Source: Oscillospiraceae bacterium (GTDB lineage: Bacteria > Bacillota > Clostridia > UMGS1810). Taken from it: DNA of 64,000 bases. The translations under genes and the position numbers were made by a program. Within the stretch, counting starts at the first letter, position 1; each line of letters opens with the position of its first letter. The notes under the pieces are model-generated. The model ran no database searches. It saw nothing but the letters and a program-made list of their open reading frames with translations, and was not told the origin of the DNA. The stretch lies in NCBI GenBank assembly GCA_015068705.1, contig SVJZ01000006.1, positions 2,851 to 66,850 of the forward strand, written 5' to 3'. This document shows, piece by piece, positions 29,016-38,317 of this stretch.

Positions 29016-30686
29016 ATGGCGTATCAGGCGTTGTACCGCAAATGGCGACCGCTTACCTTTGATGATGTGGTCGGGCAGGAGCATATTACTACCACCCTTC
29101 GCAGAGAGATCGCGGAGGGGCGTGTTGCGCATGCGTATTTATTTACCGGCACACGTGGAACGGGAAAAACCTCTACTGCCAAGATATTTTCCCGCGCGGT
29201 AAACTGCCTTCATCCGCACAATGGAAATCCCTGTAACGAGTGTGAGATTTGTACGGGGATATTGGACGAGAGTATTCTGGATGTTGTGGAAATGGACGCC
29301 GCTTCCAATACCGGTGTGGAAAACATCCGTTCTGTGATTGAACAGGTGCAATATGCAGCGGCGGTAAGCCGTTATCGGGTATACATCATCGACGAGGTGC
29401 ATATGCTTTCAACCGGTGCGTTCAACGCATTGCTCAAAACGCTGGAAGAGCCACCTGCACATGTAATTTTTATTTTGGCAACCACCGAAATTCACAAGGT
29501 TCCGGCAACCATTTTGTCCCGTTGTCAGCGGTTTGATTTTAAAACCATCACAGGTGTAGATATTGCCAATCGCCTGGAATACATCCTTAGCCAGGAAAAC
29601 ATTCGTGCAGATAAAGATGCACTTTCCTATGTGGCGCATCTGGGAGATGGTTCCATGCGAGATTCCCTTAGCATTTTGGACCAATGTCTTGCCTTTTGCG
29701 GAAATGACCTGACATATACACAAGTGGCTGATATTGTGGGGGCACTGGATGATTCGCACTTGTTTTCGTTGGCAAAAATGATTGCTGCAGGGGATGTGGC
29801 AGGCACAATAAAGCAGTTTGATGAGTGCATGGCAGAAGGTCGCAACTGCGACCACTTTGTAAGCGGATTGCTGGATGTATATCGTGAATTGCTGATGGCG
29901 GCAGTGACCGGTATATATGGTGGCTATAGTCCCCGACACACGGCGCTTTTAGAGGAAACAGCAGGATTATATACCAAAGAACGATTGTTGTACTGCATTG
30001 ATGTGCTTTCGGCATTATTAAGCGAAATTAAGAGTGCGGTTTCGGTTCGGGTGATGATAGAGGTTGCGCTCATTAAATTGGCAAATCCTGCGCTGGATGA
30101 TAGCAACGCCGCTTTGCTGGCGAGAATTGCTGAATTAGAGCAGAAAATGGTTTGTGGAGTGCCAACCTGCACCGTGCCGGTAGCGCAACCCGTAAAACCG
30201 CAAAAAGAACCGATAGAAGAGGAATTACCCCCCTGGGATACGGATGAGTTTGTTCCGCCCGAGCAAGTGGATTACCCGGAGGTGTTGCCTGCAACTCCTG
30301 CCGTGCAGGAAGAGCCTATGCAAGCGCAGGAGGGTACATCAGATGCGGCAAGAGTGGTGGATAACTGGAAGGATGTTATGAACTCGGTCAGTGCCGGGGG
30401 TGCATTGACACTGTATATGTCTTTGTTTGGCGCAAAGCCGTATGCAAAATCAAACCAATTGGTTTTGTTGTTTGAACGGGAAGATCAGGCAAAAAACATG
30501 TCCAAGCCCGAAAATATGGAACTGCTTTGTAAGCATATTGTTTCGGTTACGGGCGTTGGTGTTCCGGTTGTCTGCGAATGTGGTGAATTGCCCACAGAAA
30601 GTGAGCAGCAAACGCAGTCGGGAGATATATTCAGTAACATTGAGGAGTTTTCCAGAAAATTCCCCAAAAACATTCATGTAGATTAA
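29016..30686 (+). CDS. dnaX: DNA polymerase III subunit gamma/tau
   Basis: Motifs: YRKWRPLTFDDVVGQEH, FTGTRGTGKTS (Walker A), zinc module CLHPHNGNPCNECEIC, IIDEVHMLS, SRCQRFDF. Confidence 0.97.
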   Translation: MAYQALYRKWRPLTFDDVVGQEHITTTLRREIAEGRVAHAYLFTGTRGTGKTSTAKIFSRAVNCLHPHNGNPCNECEICTGILDESILDVVEMDAASNTGVENIRSVIEQVQYAAAVSRYRVYIIDEVHMLSTGAFNALLKTLEEPPAHVIFILATTEIHKVPATILSRCQRFDFKTITGVDIANRLEYILSQENIRADKDALSYVAHLGDGSMRDSLSILDQCLAFCGNDLTYTQVADIVGALDDSHLFSLAKMIAAGDVAGTIKQFDECMAEGRNCDHFVSGLLDVYRELLMAAVTGIYGGYSPRHTALLEETAGLYTKERLLYCIDVLSALLSEIKSAVSVRVMIEVALIKLANPALDDSNAALLARIAELEQKMVCGVPTCTVPVAQPVKPQKEPIEEELPPWDTDEFVPPEQVDYPEVLPATPAVQEEPMQAQEGTSDAARVVDNWKDVMNSVSAGGALTLYMSLFGAKPYAKSNQLVLLFEREDQAKNMSKPENMELLCKHIVSVTGVGVPVVCECGELPTESEQQTQSGDIFSNIEEFSRKFPKNIHVD

Positions 30687-30708
30687 GGATTTGTAGGCAA
30701 AAGAGAAA

Positions 30709-30737
30709 TTGACAAAACAGATGCTTTGTGGTAAAAT
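30709..30737 (+). promoter_or_regulatory. near-consensus sigma-A promoter for hom-thrB
   Basis: TTGACA (30709-30714), a 17-nt spacer ending in TGG (extended -10), then TAAAAT (30732-30737). Confidence 0.7.
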
Positions 30738-30794
30738 ATTGGATTAATGAACAGACGATTTTTGTCTGTTGTGGCAGAAAAAGGGGATGAACCA

Positions 30795-32024
30795 ATGATG
30801 AAAATCGGCGTGATTGGCTTTGGAGTTGTAGGCTCCGGTGTATACGAGGTAATTCGAAAGAATAGAGAAAGCATTGCCCGCAAGGCAGGGCAGGAGGTGG
30901 ATATTAAGTACATACTTGATATCCGAGATTTTTCCGATCATCCGGAAAAGGAATTATTTGTCAAGGATTTTGATACCATGGTCAATGATGCCGAGGTTGG
31001 AATTATTGTCGAGGTAATGGGTGGTCTGGATCCTGCATATGAATATACCAAGCGCGCGCTTTGTGCAGGCAAGCATGTGGTTACCTCCAACAAGGAATTG
31101 GTAGCAACATACGGCGATGAATTACTTGCACTTGCCAACAAGAATGGCGTAAGCTATCTGTTTGAGGCAAGTGTTGGTGGCGGTATTCCTATTATCCGTC
31201 CGCTCAACCAATGCCTTGCGGCAAATGAAATCAGCGCAATTGTGGGTATCTTGAACGGAACTACCAACTATATCCTGACCCAGATGTTTAAAAATGGCAA
31301 GGATTTCGATGTTGCCCTGAAAGATGCACAGGAAAAAGGCTATGCCGAGCGCAATCCTGCTGCAGACGTAGAAGGCTACGATGCCTGCCGCAAAATTTGT
31401 ATTTTATCCTCACTGGCTTTTGGTAAGCATGTCGATTATCGTGAGGTTTATACCGAGGGCATCACCGCACTGACCCTGCGTGATATTGCCTACGCGGAAG
31501 AAATGGGTTGTGTGGTCAAACTTTTGGGCTACAGCAAGCTGCTTGATGACGGCAGAATTGATATCAAGGTTGCCCCCATGATGATCCCCAACGAGCAACC
31601 GCTCGCAACCGTTTCGGATGTATACAACGGCATTCAGGTGCGCGGAAACGCCATTGGTGATGCGATGTTTTATGGCCCCGGTGCAGGCAAATTGCCCACC
31701 GCAAGCGCGGTTGTTGCAGATGTGATTGATATTGCCAAGGCACCCGAACGTGCAGGACGCGTGATGTGGGTCCGCACCGATGAAAAATTGGTATTGCCTG
31801 CTGACGAGGCGTGCGCAAGCTACTTTGTTCGTGTGGAAACTGCCGATAAAAATGCAGTGTCTGTATCGGCAAAGGCAGAGTTTGATGGTGCGACTATTAT
31901 TGATAAATTTGACAACGAGCTGGGTATTCTGACCGGATGCATGAGCGAGGGCGAGCTAAAAGGCAAGCTCTCCAATCTGCCCGGCAAGGTAATCGGCTTC
32001 CTGCGTGTGTTGCCGCAGGCGTAA
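30795..32024 (+). CDS. hom: homoserine dehydrogenase
   Basis: Motifs: KIGVIGFGVVGSGV (Rossmann), VVTSNKEL, EASVGGGIPII, NGTTNYIL, plus a C-terminal ACT-like region. ATG 30795 follows an AAAGGGGA SD. Confidence 0.93.
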   Translation: MMKIGVIGFGVVGSGVYEVIRKNRESIARKAGQEVDIKYILDIRDFSDHPEKELFVKDFDTMVNDAEVGIIVEVMGGLDPAYEYTKRALCAGKHVVTSNKELVATYGDELLALANKNGVSYLFEASVGGGIPIIRPLNQCLAANEISAIVGILNGTTNYILTQMFKNGKDFDVALKDAQEKGYAERNPAADVEGYDACRKICILSSLAFGKHVDYREVYTEGITALTLRDIAYAEEMGCVVKLLGYSKLLDDGRIDIKVAPMMIPNEQPLATVSDVYNGIQVRGNAIGDAMFYGPGAGKLPTASAVVADVIDIAKAPERAGRVMWVRTDEKLVLPADEACASYFVRVETADKNAVSVSAKAEFDGATIIDKFDNELGILTGCMSEGELKGKLSNLPGKVIGFLRVLPQA

Positions 32025-32046
32025 CATATAACCCTGGAGGATACGG

Positions 32047-32949
32047 ATGATCAGAGTCAGAGTTCCTGCTACATCTGCCAATCTCGGTCCGGGTTTTGAT
32101 TGTATGGGCGTTGCACTTACCATGTATAATGAGGTGTGCGTGGAAGAAATCGAACGTGGGTTGGAGATTGTTGTTTTAGATGATAGTAAGCGGTTTTTGC
32201 CGCAGGACGAAAACAATTATGTATATGCCGCCATGCAAAAGGTATTTGCAGAGGCGGGGCACAGCGTAAAGGGTCTTCGCCTCACGCTCAACAGTAACAT
32301 TCCGGTCACACGCGGTTTGGGCAGCAGCTCTGCCGGTATTGTGTCGGGATTGGTGGCGGCAAATCACATGATTGGCTCGCCATTGCCCAAAGAGAGATTG
32401 CTCACACTGGCCACCGAATTGGAGGGACATCCCGATAATGTGGCACCTGCATTATATGGTGGTTTTGTGGTATCAGTGCAGGATCATAAACGAGTATACG
32501 CTTGTAAAAACCAGATTTCCGAGCGATTAAAGTTTGCTGCTATGATACCGAATTTTTATTTGCAGACCAAAAAATCGCGTTCGGTATTGCCGCGTTATAC
32601 CAGTTATCGAAATGCCGTGTACAACATCGGGCACGCTTCACTTTTGACCGCAGCACTGATTAGTGGCGATTTTGACGCCATTACCGCAGGCATGCGCGAC
32701 CGATTACATGAAAGCTACCGATTGCCCTATATCAAAGGCGGAGAGTGTATCATGAAAAATGCCATTCGGTCAGGCGCATTGGGCACATATGTCAGCGGTG
32801 CTGGACCTACCATCATTTCTGTGATTGACAGAAATTATAATGGCTTTGAAACGAGCATGAACAATCTCATTCGAACCCGATTAAACAATTGGTCTTTTAA
32901 GTTGTTCAGCGTGGATAATGGCGGTGCAAAAATTATGGAAGAAAATTAA
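32047..32949 (+). CDS. thrB: homoserine kinase
   Basis: Motifs: VRVPATSANLGPGFDCMGVAL and the GHMP kinase motif IPVTRGLGSSSAGIV. Confidence 0.95.
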   Translation: MIRVRVPATSANLGPGFDCMGVALTMYNEVCVEEIERGLEIVVLDDSKRFLPQDENNYVYAAMQKVFAEAGHSVKGLRLTLNSNIPVTRGLGSSSAGIVSGLVAANHMIGSPLPKERLLTLATELEGHPDNVAPALYGGFVVSVQDHKRVYACKNQISERLKFAAMIPNFYLQTKKSRSVLPRYTSYRNAVYNIGHASLLTAALISGDFDAITAGMRDRLHESYRLPYIKGGECIMKNAIRSGALGTYVSGAGPTIISVIDRNYNGFETSMNNLIRTRLNNWSFKLFSVDNGGAKIMEEN

Positions 32950-33012
32950 AAAGCACCAGCGGGGAAATAATATCATCCGCTGCTTTAATAAAAAACACAA
33001 TTTTAGAAAGGT

Positions 33013-34230
33013 GTGATTTCATTGGGGCTGATCGTACAGAAGTTCGGCGGTAGCTCGGTTGCCGATGCGCAGCGTGTGATGAATGTAGCACAGCGCGTAC
33101 TTGACACGTATAAGCAAGGAAATTCAGTTGTGGTGGTAGTATCTGCACAAGGCGATACAACCGATGACCTGATTGAAAAAGCGAAGGAAATTAATCCCAA
33201 AGCCTCCAAACGCGAGATGGATATGCTCTTGTCCACTGGCGAGCAGATTTCCATTTCTCTGTTGGCTATGGCAATTCAGAAATTGGGCGGAAATGCAGTT
33301 TCCCTTACCGGTTGGCAGGCAGGAATGCATACCGATAGCAATTACGGTACCTCACGTATTCACAAGATTATGTCCGAACGTTTGAAAAAAGAGCTGGATG
33401 CAGGTAATATTGTCATTGTTGCAGGGTTCCAGGGTATCAACAAATACGATGACATCACCACCCTCGGACGCGGTGGTTCGGATACTTCCGCAGTTGCCAT
33501 TGCGGCTGCACTGGGAGCTGATTTGTGCGAAATTTACACCGACGTGGACGGCGTATATACCGCGGATCCGCGCATTGTAAAGGGTGCAAAAAAGTTAGAT
33601 GACATTTCTTATGATGAAATGTTGGAGCTTGCAAGCCTTGGTGCAAATGTGTTGCACAACCGTTCGGTAGAGATGGCAAAGAAATATAATGTAAAACTGG
33701 TTGTTCGTTCGAGTTTAAATCACAATGAAGGAACCATTGTTAAGGAGGTAAATAAAGTGGAAAAAATGTTGGTGCGCGGGGTTGCCCGTGATAATGATGT
33801 GGCGCGTATTGCATTGGTAAATATTGTTGATGAACCGGGTGTTGCATTCCGCATCTTTTCGCTTCTTGCCAAAAAGGGTATCAATGTTGACATTATTCTG
33901 CAGTCCATTGGACGTGAGGGCAAGAAGGACATTAGCTTTACTGTAAACGAAAGCAATCTGGATGCTGCGGTTGATCTACTCAACGAGCACAAGGAAACCA
34001 TCGGCTTTGAGGAAATCAAGACCACTTCTGAAGTTTCCAAAGTTTCCATCGTTGGTGCCGGTATGGTAAATAATCCCGGTGTTGCCGCTTCCATGTTTGA
34101 GGCACTGTATGATGCCAATATCAACATTCACATGATTGCTACCTCGGAAATCAAGGTGTCGGTGCTCATTAACGAGAAGAACGCCGAGAAGGCTGTAAAT
34201 GCAATTCACGATAAATTCCACTTTGCATAA
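33013..34230 (+). CDS. lysC: aspartate kinase (with C-terminal ACT domains)
   Basis: Motifs: IVQKFGGSSV, VVVVSAQGDTTD, LGRGGSDTSAVA, TDVDGVYTADPR. The start is GTG 33013 or TTG 33022. Confidence 0.93.
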   Translation: MISLGLIVQKFGGSSVADAQRVMNVAQRVLDTYKQGNSVVVVVSAQGDTTDDLIEKAKEINPKASKREMDMLLSTGEQISISLLAMAIQKLGGNAVSLTGWQAGMHTDSNYGTSRIHKIMSERLKKELDAGNIVIVAGFQGINKYDDITTLGRGGSDTSAVAIAAALGADLCEIYTDVDGVYTADPRIVKGAKKLDDISYDEMLELASLGANVLHNRSVEMAKKYNVKLVVRSSLNHNEGTIVKEVNKVEKMLVRGVARDNDVARIALVNIVDEPGVAFRIFSLLAKKGINVDIILQSIGREGKKDISFTVNESNLDAAVDLLNEHKETIGFEEIKTTSEVSKVSIVGAGMVNNPGVAASMFEALYDANINIHMIATSEIKVSVLINEKNAEKAVNAIHDKFHFA

Positions 34231-34327
34231 ACGGTGTGCCTTTTTTGCACAAATAATAGGGGATGTTCTGTGTTGACGGGGCATTCCCTAAACTGCATTT
34301 TGCCGTTTGTAAACAAAAGCAGGATGT

Positions 34328-35101
34328 ATGAAAGGAACAATTACCATGGATTATGAGGTTAATACAGACAAAATAGAGGGTCGCAATCCGGTGATGGAGG
34401 CGTTGCGCTCGGGCAGAGAAATAGACAAGCTTCTGGTTGCCAAGGGAGAGAAAAACGGTTCCATTGTAAAAATCGTTGCTCGTGCAAAGGCGGAGGGAAT
34501 TGTGGTGTCCGAGGTAGAAAGAGCCAAATTGGATGCCATGAGCGAAACCAAGGCGCACCAGGGCGTAATTGCCCTGACGGCAGTGAAGGCATATGCGAGT
34601 GTAGCGGATTTACTAGAAAGGGCAAAGCGAAAAGGAGAGCCGCCTTTTCTGGTTATTTGCGATGAGGTAACAGACCCGCACAATTTGGGAGCAATCATCC
34701 GCACTGCAAATGCGGCAGGTGCACACGGGGTGATTATTCCCAAACGCCGTTCTGCAGGGCTAAACGCCGTTGTTGCAAAAACATCGGCTGGTGCGGTGGA
34801 ATTTACACCGGTAGCAAGAGTTTCCAATATTGCACAAACCATCGAAAAGCTCAAAAAAGAGAATGTGTGGGTAATTGGTGCAGATATGGACGGCGCAAAC
34901 GATATCTATGCACAGGATTTTTCGGGTGCAGTGGCGATTGTAATTGGCAGCGAGGGAAATGGCATATCGCCGTTGGTCAAGCAGCAGTGCGATTTTCTTA
35001 CCCGTATCCCCATGTTGGGAGAAATTACCTCGCTCAATGCATCGGTTGCAGGTGCGTTGATGATTTACGAGGTGGTACGCGCAAGAAAGGCGGTCAAATA
35101 A
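34328..35101 (+). CDS. rlmB: TrmH-family 23S rRNA (guanosine-2'-O)-methyltransferase
   Basis: SpoU substrate-binding N-domain (EGRNPVMEAL). SPOUT motifs: DEVTDPHNLGAIIRTA, IGSEGNGIS, SLNASVAGALMIYE. Confidence 0.85.
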   Translation: MKGTITMDYEVNTDKIEGRNPVMEALRSGREIDKLLVAKGEKNGSIVKIVARAKAEGIVVSEVERAKLDAMSETKAHQGVIALTAVKAYASVADLLERAKRKGEPPFLVICDEVTDPHNLGAIIRTANAAGAHGVIIPKRRSAGLNAVVAKTSAGAVEFTPVARVSNIAQTIEKLKKENVWVIGADMDGANDIYAQDFSGAVAIVIGSEGNGISPLVKQQCDFLTRIPMLGEITSLNASVAGALMIYEVVRARKAVK

Positions 35102-35102
35102 T

Positions 35103-37325
35103 ATGACACAGTCAAAATTTAACGTAACAGGGATGTCTTGTGCGGTTTGTGCCGGAAATGTGGAAAAGGCAGTTGCGGCACTGGATGGCGTGGAACAGGC
35201 GCAGGTAAATCTTGCCACCACAACCCTCGAAGTGTCTTATGATGAATCGCTATTGAATGCCGATGATATCAAGCAGGCGGTAGTAGATGCCGGATATGGA
35301 ATCAATACCGATAGCTTTGAAAACAACTATGCCAAACGAGAAAAATCTGCGCAACAGGTATTTGTGAAGTTTATCTGGTCACTCGTTTTTACCTTGCCGC
35401 TTTTTTATATCTCGATGGGGCACATGATAGGATTGCCTGTGCCAACCATAATTTCGCCCGAAGTGTATCCCTTGCGGTATGCACTTACCCAACTGATACT
35501 TGCTCTGGGCAGCATGATTGTGGGATATCAATTTTACACGCACGGATATGCAAATCTGTTTCGCGCAAAACCTAATATGGATTCTTTGGTCGCGGTTGGA
35601 ACGACTGCCGCCTTTGCATATGGATTGTATGTTTCCTACGGCTTGTGGAAGGGCGGAGCCGTTACTGTTCACGAATTGTATTTTGAATCGGTTGGGGTAA
35701 TCATTACCCTGATTTTGCTTGGAAAATCACTGGAGAATCGCTCTAAACTGAAAACCAATGACGCAATCAGGAAACTCATTGAGCTTTCCCCCAAAACGGC
35801 TACGGTGATTCGTAACGGTGAGGAACTTACCCTGCCGGTAGAAGAAATTATCATGGGTGACCTGGTATTGATTTCGCCAGGCGAAAAGGTAAGCGTGGAT
35901 GGAATCGTTGACGAGGGGAAAAGTACGGTGGATGAATCCATGCTCACCGGAGAAAGTGTTCCGGCGGAAAAATCGGTGGGAGATAAGGTGTATGCCGGAT
36001 CCATCAATAAGTACGGGTATATCAAAATCCGTGCTACCGAGGTTTCGGGAGCAACCCTACTTTCGCAAATTATCCGGATGGTAGAGCATGCAAGCGGTTC
36101 CAAACCGCAGATTGCACGTCTGGCAGATAAGATAGCCGGTATTTTTGTTCCGTCGGTAATCGGCATTGCGTTGTTATCTGCACTGGTGTGGACATTGCTT
36201 GGAAAAGATGCAGAATTTATCATTCGTATTTTTGTTTCTGTTTTGGTGATTGCGTGCCCTTGTGCACTTGGTCTGGCAACCCCTACTGCGGTGATTGTGG
36301 CGGTGGGACGCGCGGCATCCATGGGAATTTTGGTAAAGGATTCTGGTGCACTTGAGATTTTGCACAAGGTGGACACGGTGGTATTTGATAAAACCGGCAC
36401 CCTTACGGTTGGCGAACCAAAGGTAACGGATGTGTTGCCAGGAGAGGGATTTGACAGAGAAAGTATATTGTGCTATGCGGTGTCGGTAGAAAAGATATCC
36501 GAACATCCGCTTGGTGATGCGATTGTAGAACTGGCGTTTGAAGAGGGTGTCGCCGAACTGCCTGTCAGTGATTTTGAAGCGGAAATCGGGCGCGGTGTGC
36601 GTGCCACAGTTGGTGGTAAGGTGATCTTGCTTGGAAACTCCCGTTTACTGGAGGAAAATGGTGTTATAAATCCGTCGCCCGAATTGATTCGTTCCCTGGC
36701 AGAGCAAGGGAAAACGCCCATGCTCCTTGCAGTGGATGGACAGTATGCCGGTGTGATTGCAGCAATGGATCAAATCAGAAAAGATGCGGCTGATGCAATT
36801 GAAACCATTCATAAATCCGGAAAACAAGCCATAGTATTAACCGGGGACAATCGCTATGTTGCCAAAGCAGTGGCAAAAATGGTAGGGGCAGACCAAGTGA
36901 TTTACGAGGTGCTCCCGGATGCCAAGGCACAGGAAATTTCCCGTTTGCAGAAAGAGGGCAGATGTGTTGCTATGGTAGGTGACGGTATCAATGATTCTGT
37001 CGCGATTGCCACTGCAGATGTGGGGATTTCTGTCGGAAGCGGAACCGAAATTGCCATAGAATCGGCAGACATTGTGGTGATGCGAAATGATATGACCGAC
37101 ATCACCCGTGCGATTGCATTGAGTAATCTGACCATGAAAAATATCAAGCAAAACCTGCTTTTTGCATTTGGTTACAACACCATTCTCATTCCGCTTGCGG
37201 CAGGTGTTCTCTATGGTACGGGAATATTGCTCAACCCCATGATTGCCGCAGGTGCAATGGCGTTGAGCTCTGTTTCGGTGGTGACCAATGCACTGCGACT
37301 AAGAACGGTTAAGGTAAAAAGATAA
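35103..37325 (+). CDS. copA: copper-translocating P1B-type ATPase
   Basis: HMA domain GMSCAVCAGNVEKAV. TM6 CPC motif (ACPCALGLATP). Also DKTGTLT, SEHPL, GDGINDS. The start is 1 nt after the rlmB stop. Confidence 0.93.
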   Translation: MTQSKFNVTGMSCAVCAGNVEKAVAALDGVEQAQVNLATTTLEVSYDESLLNADDIKQAVVDAGYGINTDSFENNYAKREKSAQQVFVKFIWSLVFTLPLFYISMGHMIGLPVPTIISPEVYPLRYALTQLILALGSMIVGYQFYTHGYANLFRAKPNMDSLVAVGTTAAFAYGLYVSYGLWKGGAVTVHELYFESVGVIITLILLGKSLENRSKLKTNDAIRKLIELSPKTATVIRNGEELTLPVEEIIMGDLVLISPGEKVSVDGIVDEGKSTVDESMLTGESVPAEKSVGDKVYAGSINKYGYIKIRATEVSGATLLSQIIRMVEHASGSKPQIARLADKIAGIFVPSVIGIALLSALVWTLLGKDAEFIIRIFVSVLVIACPCALGLATPTAVIVAVGRAASMGILVKDSGALEILHKVDTVVFDKTGTLTVGEPKVTDVLPGEGFDRESILCYAVSVEKISEHPLGDAIVELAFEEGVAELPVSDFEAEIGRGVRATVGGKVILLGNSRLLEENGVINPSPELIRSLAEQGKTPMLLAVDGQYAGVIAAMDQIRKDAADAIETIHKSGKQAIVLTGDNRYVAKAVAKMVGADQVIYEVLPDAKAQEISRLQKEGRCVAMVGDGINDSVAIATADVGISVGSGTEIAIESADIVVMRNDMTDITRAIALSNLTMKNIKQNLLFAFGYNTILIPLAAGVLYGTGILLNPMIAAGAMALSSVSVVTNALRLRTVKVKR

Positions 37326-37340
37326 AATGGAGAGGTCATA

Positions 37341-38027
37341 ATGAATGGATTTCTGACACTGTTTTTTCAAGCATTGTGCATGGTAGGAATTGCAGAGATG
37401 GGTGATAAAACCCAACTGGTGGTAATTGCCCTGACCAAACGATACAGGGCACAGAAAGTAGCACTGGGGATGTTTCTGGCAATTTTAGCGGACAATCTGA
37501 TTGCCGTTATCCTTGGACGGGTGTTGGCAACATTGATTGAGCCTACCACACTTTCGCTGATTGCCGGCGCACTCTTTTTGTATTTTGCTATTACGTCTGT
37601 GCGTGCAGGAGAGGAAGAAACCGAAAACACAGCCAATCGGTTAGGACCGGTGTTTTCGGTGGCACTGACCTTTTTTCTTGCGGAGTTTGGAGATAAAACC
37701 CAACTTTCCGCAGCAAATCTTGCGGCAACTTCGCAGGTTTCGTTTGCGTTTTTAGCGGTATTGCTTGGTGCAACTGCCGGCATGCTACTGGCGAATTTGC
37801 TGGCGTTGATTGTGGGGGTAAAACTTGGAAAATGTATTCCCGACCATGTGTTTCGGTGGGTGTCGGTGTTTGTATTTGCCATCTTTGGCGCAATTACGCT
37901 TTATCAGCCGCTTTGTATATTGCTGGGTGATACAAATGGTGTGATTTCACTGGGGATGATTTTGGTGATTGCCGGCTTGATCGGATGGTTAGTCTATCGT
38001 AATGATACAAGGAGGAAAAACAAATGA
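37341..38027 (+). CDS. GDT1/TMEM165 (UPF0016) family cation transporter
   Basis: Two copies of the family signature E-x-G-D-K-T (EMGDKTQL and EFGDKTQL) in a six-TM-like protein. Confidence 0.85.
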   Translation: MNGFLTLFFQALCMVGIAEMGDKTQLVVIALTKRYRAQKVALGMFLAILADNLIAVILGRVLATLIEPTTLSLIAGALFLYFAITSVRAGEEETENTANRLGPVFSVALTFFLAEFGDKTQLSAANLAATSQVSFAFLAVLLGATAGMLLANLLALIVGVKLGKCIPDHVFRWVSVFVFAIFGAITLYQPLCILLGDTNGVISLGMILVIAGLIGWLVYRNDTRRKNK

Positions 38028-38293
38028 GAGCAGTTATTTCGGTATTGGGTAAGGATCGTGTAGGGATTATCTGTGCGGTTGCAAATGTATTGGCGGATGC
38101 AAATGTGAATATTCTGGATATTTCCCAGACCATTTTGCAGGGGATGTTTACCATGATGATGATTGTGGACGTAGCACAAAGCAAGTTGGAATTTGCCGTT
38201 TTGTCAAAGAAACTGGAAGAAACGGGGAATGAGTTGGGCGTGACAATAAAAATCCAGCACGAGGACATTTTTAATTCCATGCACAGAATTTAA
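38024..38293 (+). CDS. ACT-domain protein (UPF0237 family)
   Basis: 89 aa beginning MRAVISVLGKDRVGIICAVANVLAD (ACT fold). ATGA overlap with the upstream stop. It precedes a DUF711 gene, which is the conserved pairing. Confidence 0.8.
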   Translation: MRAVISVLGKDRVGIICAVANVLADANVNILDISQTILQGMFTMMMIVDVAQSKLEFAVLSKKLEETGNELGVTIKIQHEDIFNSMHRI

Positions 38294-38317
38294 TGGGGCG
38301 GCGAGAGGAGAAAGAAC

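Noticed and set aside
30195-30212. Possible dnaX programmed -1 frameshift site (CAA AAA GAA)
   Set aside because: It does not form the canonical A AAA AAG slippery heptamer in the zero frame, and I saw no downstream stem-loop. Gamma production by frameshifting is not expected in Firmicutes.
32950-33012. Lysine riboswitch (L-box) upstream of aspartate kinase
   Set aside because: The spacer is only 63 nt and holds one weak hairpin. That is far too short for an L-box of ~180 nt.
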